Shown here: in pieces, positions 1 through 10,042 of the stretch
Layout: every line of letters starts with the position of its first letter
Position numbering within the stretch: the stretch's first letter is position 1
NCBI RefSeq assembly: GCF_004010195.1
Contig: NC_057718.1
Location: 105,710,297-105,746,679 of the forward strand
DNA from: Chiloscyllium plagiosum
Taxonomy: Eukaryota
Reading direction: 5' to 3'
Length of the DNA: 36,383 nt
Position numbers and translations under genes: made by a program
The notes under the pieces: generated by a model
The model's database searches: none
What the model was told of the DNA's origin: nothing
What the model saw: the letters and a program-made list of their open reading frames with translations, nothing else

Positions 1-267
1 TTTGGCTGGGCTGAGTTATTACTATTTATCTGTTTGTTGTTAGGTATTTATTTAGTTAGTTAAATAGCTAGTTTAGGTTTTTTTTTAAATTTTATACTTC
101 TCTATATATGTTTATACATTCGTATAGGAGGGTGGGTTGGGGAATTTTTTTATTATTTGGGTTTAGTTTTGTACTATTTTTGTACTGTTTTGAATTGCAT
201 TGTTTTGTATTTGTTGTAATATTTAAAAATCTATTTTTTCTTAATAAAAATATATTATTTAAAAAAT
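1..267 (+). mobile_element. 3' UTR and tail of an L1/Tx1-like LINE
   Basis: T-rich tract ending in AATAAAaatatattatttaaaaaa. It resembles the reverse complement of the poly(A)-tailed insertion at 30868-31100. Confidence 0.55.
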
Positions 268-309
268 GCAAATATTGCCAAAATACAGGAGACTTAATTT
301 TATATTATA

Positions 310-412
310 AAACAAAAATACAGACGTTTGAGATCTGAAACAAACAATAATTGCTGGAGAATCTCAACAGGTGTGGCAGCATCTGTGGAGAGAAAAGCAG
401 AGTTAACACGTT
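310..412 (-). mobile_element. Penelope-like family 3 terminal fragment
   Basis: attgctggagaatctcaacaggtgtggcagcatctgtggagagaaaagcagagttaac is shared with 16387-16554 and 27642-27736. Confidence 0.7.
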
Positions 413-599
413 GACTCAAGATTAGGATACAGACAGACTCTATCCTCACACCTTTAATGCACTGAGTGAACTGAGATGTCACCACATTCCATAAAAGAAT
501 AAAAGGAAGGAGGTGGTTTGTCATGGGGTGAACCAGTGAAGTGTTGAGTTTGCGAAGGGCCATGTACCTTAATGTATCTTAATGACTGCCTTTATGTAG

Positions 600-1066
600 T
601 TAAAACTCAAGCAACGCCAGGCTATAGTCCAACAGGTTTATTGGGAAGTGCTCCTTTTTGAAGCACTGCTCCTTTTTCAGGTGGTTGTGAAGCAGGACTT
701 TAAGACACAGAATTTATAGCAAAAGATTAGTGTTATTTAAGTAAAATGATATAATTAACAAACCTAGATTGTTATTAAGTCTTTCATATTTTAGAATGGG
801 TTACAGGTTTTGGTTCATTAATATGTAAATCCCAGAATTGCTTTTAAGTCACATTGTCAAGATGACTAAGGTTTTATAAAAAAAAAGACATCTCAGCTCA
901 GACAATGTGCTAAAAGTGTGAGGTTAGAGTCTGTCTGTATTCCAATCTTGAGTCAGACTGGTTCTATTTCCAAAGTGGAGTTTATAAAATATTACATGGA
1001 TTGACTGCCTGCAAGTTTTTAAACTTTGTCCACCCCAGTCCAACATCGGCTCCTCCATATCATAAC
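600..1066 (-). mobile_element. Penelope-like family 2 non-autonomous element with a decayed hammerhead motif
   Basis: 600-690 is the reverse complement of the HHR-bearing unit at 8734-8822 (shared caggctatagtccaacaggttta). Its core has decayed to CTGAAAA. The element ends in an aactttgtccaccccagtccaac tract. Confidence 0.7.
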
Positions 1067-1861
1067 TTTAAGTCCTGTGACACTTGAAGGCTCACAGGCC
1101 TTGAAATTATTGCATTTTTTGTAGAAAGAGTCCTTGAAATTCATGCTGATTTCTTCCAGGGCTAAGAATACCAGTTAGAATAAAAACAATGCAGTAAAAT
1201 AAATAGGTTCACTTAGAATCTCTCCCAGGACAGAGTCTACCCAACGAGCAGATAATAGAAAACCATTCATCATACAGTGGGAATCATCTACACTGCAGAA
1301 CCTCTTCAAGAAATAGATACATAATATGGGCTGAAATGCTTTTAGAATTGCTTTAGAATTGGTAATGTTACTCCAGAGCAGTAGTACAGTGATTATGAAC
1401 TGGATCAACAATTTGTGCTGCCAATTGGCAAACGAAAGCATATAAAAGCTTGTCACCAAAACCACACCAAGTGACACATCTTGATCTCAATAAAGGACCC
1501 AATCATTAACACTGCCAGTAACTTGAGGCACAAATACAGGACAGTTGCGTAGATTAAAAAGAAGAAAAAATCAAACTGTAGAATATTTTGATATAAACCT
1601 TTAATTCTGTAACAGGAAAGTTGAACAGTTATAGTTCAAGCTATAGTAACAAAGCTTTAAACATAGAATATTTCAATACGAACATCAACGAAATGTGACT
1701 ACAATGAAATAAATTAACTAATTTAGCTTCTTTCATTTACAAAATCTTTTCCGGCTTGTATTTAATAGAATTTAAATTTAAGTTATGATGTTAATTTTTA
1801 ATCACCAAAACAGCTTAGCAGTATGTTTATTGACCAAGCTGTTTGAGTCCTAAAGCACTTC

Positions 1862-2061
1862 TATGGAATGAGGAAGTGGTAGAGACAGGTACAATTACAG
1901 TATTTACAAAGCATCTGAATTGGTACATGAATTGGAAGAGTTTAGGGGGATATCGACCAAATGTTGACAAATGGGACTAGATCAGTTTAGGATATCTGGT
2001 CTGCACAAATGAGTTAGATCGAAGGGTCTGTTAATGCGCTGTATAACTCTATGATTCTATG
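1862..2061 (+). mobile_element. HER1/CR1 LINE 3' end
   Basis: CR1-type 3' sequence ending in an actctatg-attctatg tandem tail. Homologous to 15240-15525 and 23657-23850 on the opposite strand. Confidence 0.8.
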
Positions 2062-2544
2062 TCACAGCTGCTGGATTGTGTCTGTGGCAAGTGGTGAGGG
2101 AACCAATAAGAGGGAAATTCTTACTTGACGTTCTTACCAAGCTAGTTGGTCACAGATGCATTTGCCCATGACTGTATTGGTAGCAGTGACCACCAGAGTC
2201 CTTGTGAAAACAAAGACACATGTTCACAATAGTATACCTTTCACCATGTTGCTTGGCATTATCAGCATGGGGTAGACTTTGAAGAGATCCAGCAACTCAA
2301 AATTGAGCATCAGCCCAGCATATCTCCCAATTTACAATTACTAGGAAGCATGAGAAATCAACCCTGGATCAAAGAAGAGTGAAATAGGGCATTCCAAGAG
2401 CAGCACCAGGCATACCAAAAACAAGGTGTTGGCCTAGTGAAGATACAACTGAAGATTAATTGTGCGCTAAACAATGAAAGCAGTAAGTGATACAGCTAAG
2501 CAATCACATATCCAATGGATCAAATCTAAGTTCTTCAGTCTAAG

Positions 2545-3277
2545 CTCTTCATCTAAGTTTGCAGATGACACAAAAAAGGCGGAGTGAAAGGTAATGTTGA
2601 GGAAACAGGGAGGCTGCAAAAGCACTTGGACAGGCTAGGACAGTGGGCAAAGTGGCAGCTGGAATACAATGTGGCAAAACGTTAGGTTATATACTTTGGT
2701 GGGAAGAATAAATGTGTAGACTATTTTCTAAATGGGGAAAGACTTTGGAAATCTGAAGCTGGATTAGAGTGGTGCTGGAGAAGGACAGCAGTTCAGGCAG
2801 CATCCGAGGAGCAGGGAAATCGAAGTTTCGGGCAAAAGCCCTTCATCGGAAGCACAAGGGACTTGGGAGTTCTAGTTCAGGATTCTCTTAAGGTTAACAT
2901 GCAGGTTTGTTTGGCAGTTAGAAAGGAAAATGCATTTATTTCAAGACAGATAGAATACAAGAGCAGGAATATATTACCAATGCTGTATAAGCCTCTGGTC
3001 AGACTGCAATTGGAATGTTTAGAGCAGTTTTGGGCTCCATATCTAAGGAAGGATGTGCTGGCATTGGAGGGGGTCCAAAGGTCTAAATGAACCTGGGATA
3101 AAGACATAGAGTGGAAATGGAGTGATTTTCCACTAGTAGGCGAGCCTAGGACTTAAGCATAGCCTCAAAGTGAATGGACGACCTGTTGGAACTTAGAGGA
3201 GGAGGAGATCAGCCATGATTGATTGGCAGAGCAGACTTGATGGGCCGCATGTCCTAATTTTGTTACATATTATGATC
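2545..3277 (+). mobile_element. CR1 LINE (lineage A): RT C-terminus and 3' end, internally deleted
   Basis: SKFADDTK catalytic motif at about 2552-2575. ORF 2863-3090 reads LYKPLVRLQLECLEQFWAPYLRKD..LEGVQ, a typical CR1 ORF2 C-terminus. Confidence 0.85.
2760..2848 (-). mobile_element. 89-bp Penelope-like family 1 mini-insertion with a hammerhead motif and 5-bp TSD
   Basis: Flanked by GAAGC at 2755-2759 and 2849-2853. The minus strand reads CCGATGA-A-GGGC-TTTT-GCCC-GAAA-CT-TC, an HHR core with a U4C change. Confidence 0.85.
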
Positions 3278-3777
3278 AGCTTTATTTCAAAGTAATTGTG
3301 GTGGACAATCAAACAACTCATTGGAGGAGGAATCTTCACAAATATCCCATCCTCAATAATGAGGGTGTAGAGCACAATCACTGCAAAAGCTGAAGCATTC
3401 ACAGCAATCTTCATCCAGAGGTGCTGAATGGATGATCCATTTCAGTCTCCTCCAGTATTCCCAAACATCACAGATGCTAATCTTCTGCCAATTTGATTCA
3501 CTCCATATGGTATCAAGAAACAGCTGGAGGTACTGGATACCACAAAGGCTATGAACCCTGACAACATTCTTGTGCTCCAGAACTCAGCAAGCCCCCAGAC
3601 AAGCTGTTCCAGTACATTTACAATATTGGCACCTACCTAACAATGTGGAAAATTGCCCAGGTATGCCCTGTATACAAGAGGCAGGAAAAATCTAAGCCAC
3701 TCAATTATTATCCCATCAGCCTATTCTTGATCAGTGAAGTGCCGAAAGGGTTACCAACTGTGCTATCAAGTGGCACA

Positions 3778-3990
3778 TGAAACCAATCCACTCACTCCCC
3801 ATCTCTGAAGCCAATCCAACCAGTCTGCAAACACTGGAGCCAATCCATTCCCAGTCTCATGTCACTGCCACCAATCCACTTCCAGTCCACCCATACTGCC
3901 AACAATTTGGCACTCAGTCAAGCATCAATGCCATCAATCCATGCCCAGTCTACCCTTACTGCCACCAATCCTGCACCCTGCTCAGCATCA
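3778..3990 (+). repeat. Degenerate ~31-bp minisatellite (actgccaccaatcc...ccagtc)
   Basis: The motif recurs at about 3864, 3895, 3927 and 3958, with weaker copies upstream and again at 4350-4440. Confidence 0.6.
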
Positions 3991-3991
3991 C

Positions 3992-4350
3992 TGAGGAAGC
4001 AATGACATCGAGGTAATGTCTCTGGATAAGTTATTCAGAACACCAGGCTTATGTTCTGAAAACATTTGTTCATGTTTCACCATTACAGTTAGTGAAATCT
4101 GAATTCAAAAACAACCTGGAATTTTTAAAAAAGCTAGCCTAATGGGGATCATCTAGCGATAGTTGACTGGCGTAAAAACCCAATTGATTCACTGAAATTC
4201 ATTAGTGGGGGGGGAAATCTCCATCCCTACATAGTCTAGTCTACACGTAACTCCAGATCAACAGCAATGTGACTGATCCTTATTGGGATAGGCAATAAAT
4301 GCTGGCTTAGTCATCGATGCCCACATTCCATAAACAAATAAATTTTAAAA
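3992..4350 (+). mobile_element. tRNA-derived SINE, family B
   Basis: Shares the body motif gtaaaaaccc...ttcact...ggaaatct and the 3' end gggataggcaataaatgctgg...gcccacattcc with the copies at 16283, 19947, 12330, 23445 and 27415. Confidence 0.7.
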
Positions 4351-7289
4351 ACTGCTGCAAATCTAGCACCCAGTCTGCTGTCATTGCTGCGAATACAACA
4401 CCCAGTTTACCATCTCTGCCACTAATCCAGTGTCTATCTTGCATTCAATGAAATTAGGATTTGAGCATTACAGATACACAGGGCTGGGGGGGTCCACAAA
4501 TTATCTAGGCATCAGTTTCCTAGCCTTAGATCAAAAGTGAAGCTTTATAGCTCGACAGTTATCAGACAACAGGACTTGGCTTGCTGAAACCAATGCCCCT
4601 ATGTGGGTAATAGTAGTTCAAAGATAACTGTTACATGTAAATGCTATTCAATCAGAGAGGACATTACTGGTTAACCTTGTTTTGTTCATACCTAGCATTC
4701 ACAAATATGCAATTTCCATTAAAAGCTAAACAATGGAAACAAGGAGGAGGGAGTCTTGACCAATCAGCTGTTTAGTATGGTATCACTTCCAACAGTTTTC
4801 TTCTTGAGGTTAGCTAGGCTTTCAAATCTATAAAGTTCAGTTTGACAAAGACTAATGCTGTTGTCAACTCAGTCACTGGCAGAGCCTAGACATAGGCTAT
4901 AATAATGGAGTTAAAAGCTATCATTTAGTTGTCAAACTCTAGTACAATACATATCCTATGGTTTAGGAGGCCAATAAAAATTTTACATCAGTTTTAAAAC
5001 TAACAGATGCAGTCCAGCAGAAAGTAACTGGGTAAAATTTCACACAATGAAAAAGTATGCCAATAGTTTAAGGTTAAAACTCCAGATTCTAGGGCAGAAT
5101 CGGAAGAAAGTTTAAGAACAATGGTGATTCTATGATCGTTTAGGTAGGGCATAAAGAGGAGATCATATGACTTGAATTTGATATTACAGAGTAATTGACT
5201 TCCATTAAAAAAAATTCCAACCCCAATTTCAATTAAAGGCAACTAACATTAAAACTGAAAGAGTGAAAAATAATAGGAATAATTGGCAAAGCTTTTGGAA
5301 CATGGGATTCAGATTATGTTAAACCACAGGAACAAAGCCCAATACCTAGTAATTCCTTTTTAAAACAGCATTTGCAGTTGCTATTGCAATAACCTAGTCT
5401 AACAGACTTTATCAAACCAAAATAAAATCTATTTTCAGCTACTAATAAGAGCAAGACTATATTAAATGTCTGGAACAATCGATATTTTAATAAAACTAAA
5501 TTATAAACAGAATTTTCTTGTTATAGTAATGTGACAGAAAAAAATACTCCGCAAGCATAATAAATACTAAAATTGAGCATTACAATGATCTTGGCAAAAA
5601 AGTTTCATATTATCAGTGAATCTTAACCACAAGAACAATATTTACCTGTTTTTCGGTATTACAGAGGAAAACCCTCAATTGGGCTTAAGCCCACACACCT
5701 GTGTTTTCGGGACAGGATAAGCTCAGATTAAGCTAATGTTACCAAACCTTTCTGCTGTGTCATTCAAACCACTACAGGCAATGAAGATAGGACAAGTACA
5801 TTTTAACCACTTAAAAATGCAATAATTTATTACCAGAACTAAAGTTGCACAACAAAAAATGACATTTTGCCTTAAATGTAAATGCAAAGAAAATGCTAAG
5901 AGGATTTTAATTGAAATTTTTGTTTTGAAGGTAATGACTGATATAATCATAGTTACATACACAAAAAATACACTATCAATAGCATCTTCACAAGCTTTAT
6001 TTTATATTTTGGATTGACTCATTCATACTTTTGCATTAACACAGTACCTACCTAAATGAGTTCTTAGAAGAAGCTATCTTGATCATAAAGGCCTTATTCA
6101 TTTATTTTGCTATTTATTACTCAACCATGATTCTGTACCTTTTGAAATCTATGGACACATTATTTAAGCTATATTGAATTCCCCTCTGCGTGCACATGCA
6201 AAAACAGTTTCAATGCTCACGCTCTTTTCCTTTTACACGTACTTTTACTCTGTTTTTCAGTAATTCATGTTATAATCATAATAAAATTCCAACACATACA
6301 TGATGTTCTTCATACAAATGAGGGGATCAACAGAGGTGGAATAAATTAGTGACACTGATATAATTGAAGATAACAATATTGCTATTTAATCAATAATCTA
6401 TCAGTGGTACGATAAAAATAAGTCTGTTATCATTTCAATTGGAAGATCAACTCTGCTGCCCTACCACAAACACTGTGGGCTGAGATCAAATCAACACTAC
6501 AAACTGATCAGGAGAAAGGATGCAGGAAACTAGCACTAGCTGGGTTACAAAAATCAATATTTTAATTATTTCCAAAACAAAATAAGAGGCATCCTGAACA
6601 ACAAAAAATACTTTAAATTTGCATCAGAAAATCTCCCACTGACCCAAACTCTTTTTTACCTGGTTTGTTACACATTGAAGTCCATCATCATTAACAAGAA
6701 TCCCCCAACCAACACACTGAGAAATCTACACAAGTATAGCTTCTGTTTCTACAACATCTAGTTATCAGGATGGGGCTGGATGTTTTACTGCATATTGGCA
6801 ATAGAACGTAAATGATAAGACAAATACTGCTGAAAGGCTGTATATTACTAGAGAAGCACATTTTATTAAATTTATAAATAGCATGAAAATGATTGAAAAT
6901 TTAAAAAAACTGACCAAATAACACATGATCTATAGTGTTTAACACAAAATGAAAAGTGCAGTAGACATTTCATTTTTCTTCTGTAAATTAAGGAGACTTG
7001 CATTTTGCAACGTATTGTCATTACTTGCCTACTCAAAGCTAATTAAAATAATGGATGTCTATAATTATGTTGCAAGTTATGGTTACTTGATTAATTTTTA
7101 TCATCATAATTTAGTTCCTCCTCCTATAACAATTTTTTTGAATAAACCAATTATTCACCGATCTAACCAGAACCAGTTTTTCTGGACTCAGTACTGACCT
7201 GCGCTCATAGCCCATTTTTGATTCTTGTATAGGTAGGAACTAAGAGGCAATATCAGCCAACCAAAGCATTAATATGTGCATTCAGTGAC

Positions 7290-7501
7290 TGTAATAAGGT
7301 CAGCCAGGTGGACTTCATAAAATATAAATTCCTTGATTGGGACTATTAATCTGATCCAATCAGGGAGCCTTGGCTGACAGATATAAACAGGAGTATCAGT
7401 GGTTCTGTTCACTCTGAGAGCTGGCTCAGTATCAAAGACTCTCCATGTGTAAATAAAGAATGATTTTGTGACAGGATATCGGTTTCTGTGGAGTTATTTC
7501 A
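7290..7501 (+). mobile_element. Solo LTR (212 bp)
   Basis: TGTAATAA...TTATTTCA inverted termini (TG..CA). Contains two opposed CCAAT boxes (gattgg, ccaatc), a TATA-like gatataaa and AATAAA, in LTR order. No clear TSD. Confidence 0.65.
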
Positions 7502-8189
7502 ATATGCAGCCAAATAACCCTCAAGTTTGAATCTATTTTGAAACATTGATAATGTGTCTTTGGAATCCTTATTGCTAAAAAGAAAGGAGTCCTTCTATCT
7601 ACACTAACATTTACAGTAGTCGTGATCTATTGCAGTTTGAACTACTTTCTTGTGGACCAAACACTTTAATATTTCCCATTTTCGGAGACTGAAACTCACA
7701 CATGTTCTTTTTCAACCGATTTCTGACTAAAATAGGGAAAAACAGGATGCAGGAAAGAAACATCAAGTGTACAGAGCTCCAATGGAACAAGCTCAATTCA
7801 TGCACTGTCACCTTTTTATCATTGTCCTTTAGCAGAATTCAAGTTTGCAATCATAATAGTATAAACATCTAAAACAATCCACAAAAGTGATTATGTTAAA
7901 GTGCTAAAAAGTAAACAAAATGAATGAATGATTACCCTGAAGATCAGATAAAGCTCTTCCAGCAAAAACTGTTTTTCATTACATATGTTGTAGGAAAATC
8001 AAAAAGATCACAATTGTTGAAAAATGCCATGATATTCTATCAAAAGCACCTATTTAAATAAATAGTAGATCAAAGTCTGCGATTTTAATGCCTCAGTAAA
8101 CATGCAAGCACATTTTGAAATTGAAGACTTTTTGGATGTCAGGGAAATTTGTTTTAAGAAAAACATATCAACAATTAATAAATAAATTA

Positions 8190-8560
8190 GTGGTAATTTT
8201 CATGTCTGAGATAAGAATGCTGGTTCAGGTCCCACTCCACTCCCTGTACACATACTCTTGACTCATACGTTAGTATGGTGCTGAGCAAATGTTCCAGCAT
8301 TCAGATGACAAGTAATTAGGCTTTTTCTGTCTACTTAGACAGATGAACACCACAGCAGTGTTTGAGGATAGGCAGAGTTCCAAAGAACGCTACCAAAACC
8401 GATCACCTGCCCAGTGAACTCACTGCTTTCCGCAGGTCTTGTATTTCAAACTGGCTAGTAGATTTGACTATGCAATACTGATTGCACTTTCAAAGTAATA
8501 AATTTGTTTCAAAATGTTTTTGTGCACTAGGAATATAAGAAGTGTCATATAAAATGTATG
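8190..8560 (+). mobile_element. Highly decayed DeuSINE (SacSINE1-like)
   Basis: tRNA-like head (ggttcaggtcccactcca), a Deu-domain-like middle and a 3' end cactttcaaagtaa...atataaaatgta, matched to a recalled consensus. Confidence 0.5.
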
Positions 8561-8733
8561 AATTAATAATTTATTTTAGCTTCCTGCTCAGTCAATACAG
8601 TAAGATCATAAGTAAATACCGATTATTGGAATTTAACCTGGTGACAAAATTAAGTCTAGCCAGCGCTTGATTCTTTCAGTTGTTTTTAACATCACACTGA
8701 TCAGTAAATAAGGAGTCAAATAGCATCATGCAA

Positions 8734-8822
8734 TCACCTGATGAAGGAGCCTCGCTCCGAAAGCTAGTGTGCTTCCAATTAAACCTGTTGGACTATAACC
8801 TGGTGTTGTGTGATTTTTAACT
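8734..8822 (+). mobile_element. 89-bp Penelope-like family 2 mini-insertion with a 13-bp TSD
   Basis: Perfect direct repeat TAGCATCATGCAA at 8721-8733 and 8823-8835. The insert is homologous to the reverse complement of 600-690. Confidence 0.9.
8735..8769 (+). ncRNA. Minimal type I hammerhead ribozyme motif (core intact)
   Basis: cac-CTGATGA-A-GGAGC(ctc)GCTCC-GAAA-GC-TA-gtg. Stem I is cac/gtg, stem II has 5 bp, and a palindromic AGCT replaces stem III. Predicted cleavage is after A8766. Confidence 0.8.
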
Positions 8823-9189
8823 TAGCATCATGCAAAGAAGCTTTCAAAGACAAATTCTCTAAATTGATCTAGATAAACTGGTAGTAACATTCTCAGTTTA
8901 AGGAAACCAGGTAATCTGAGGATGTAGTGAACTGTCTTTGTTAACAGACCAGCCTGATCAGTAAATAACAAGCCAGTACGAGAGATTATCTCTATTCAAT
9001 ATTGACAAAAGGCTTTTTGTTTGATTAAATTCTAAGGTATATTATATGATGCATTGTTTTTGGATTTGTAAAAGGTGTTTATTAAAATTATTATAGGCCT
9101 CTGCTTGGAGTCCTGACTTTGACAGGCAGCTGAGATGTTGGGAGAACAGTGTCAGTCCTGATTTGGTTGTAGCCTTCTGTGATTAAAGG

Positions 9190-9504
9190 TTAGATTAGAT
9201 TAGATTAGATTACTTAGGGTGGAAACAGGCCCTTCTGTCCAACAAGTCCACACCGACGCTCTGAAGAGCAACCCACCCAGACTCATTCCTCTACATTTAC
9301 CCATTCACCTAACACTACGGGCAATTTAGCAAGGTCAAATCACCTAACCTGTACATTTTTGGATTGTGGGAGGAAACCGGAGAACCCGGAGGAAACCCAC
9401 GCATGGGGAGGATGTGCAAACTCCACACAGGCAGTTTCCTGAGGCAGGAATTGAACCCGGGTCTCTGGTGCTGTGAGGCAGCAGTGCTAACCACCGTGCC
9501 ACCC
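9190..9504 (-). mobile_element. HE1 (V-SINE) copy, full length
   Basis: tRNA head with A box (ggcacggtggttagc) and B box (gggttcaattcc), V-domain core and (AATCT)n tail. Confidence 0.9.
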
Positions 9505-9669
9505 AAAATTGGAGGTTCACAATTTTCCCTCTTGGGTTTCTATTACTGGACCACAGCAGTGACAGGTTAGTAGGCAGTCAGTTTGAAACTTACAACTGGT
9601 CGGCTCTGTGGTGTTACTATAACGTGACTAGAAAAGGGGAACTGTATCACTGTTAATTGTGGAGTTTTG

Positions 9670-10042
9670 AAATATGCAGATTCTTAAGGGGCTTGACAGG
9701 GTAAATGCTGAGATGGTCTTTCCCTTCACTGGGGAGTCTAGATCCAGAGGACATAGTCTCAGAATTAAGAGGTGCTAATTTAAGAATGAGATCAGGAGGA
9801 AATTCTTCTCTTCAAGAGTTAACAGTCTTTGGAACTTCTTGCCACAGAGAGCTGTGGGGGCAGAGTGCTTGTAATATATTAAAAGCTAAGATAGAAAGAT
9901 TCTTAATCAGTAGGAGAATCAAAGATTGTAAGGAAATGGCAGGAAAGTGGATGTTAGGAATGTTGGATCCTATTGATTGGTGGAGGGGGCTCAAAGGGGT
10001 GAATGGCCTACTCCTGTTGCTGTTTCTTATGGTCTTATGATC
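9670..10042 (+). mobile_element. CR1 LINE 3' end
   Basis: ORF2 C-terminal remnant ending in ggcctactcctg...ttcttatggtcttatg. Confidence 0.8.

Larger units (their letters stand above)
2140..3775 (+). mobile_element. Decayed CR1-clade LINE (lineage B) ORF2 fragment, split by a younger CR1 insertion
   Basis: Remnant motifs SDH, QPW, WW(T)IKQL, WKIAQVCPVYK and NY.PISL lie in 2140-2540 and 3290-3775, on either side of the 2545-3277 insertion. Confidence 0.7.

Noticed and set aside
1175..1477. 100-aa hydrophobic ORF
   Set aside because: Non-ATG start, no recognisable family and intronic position; consistent with chance.
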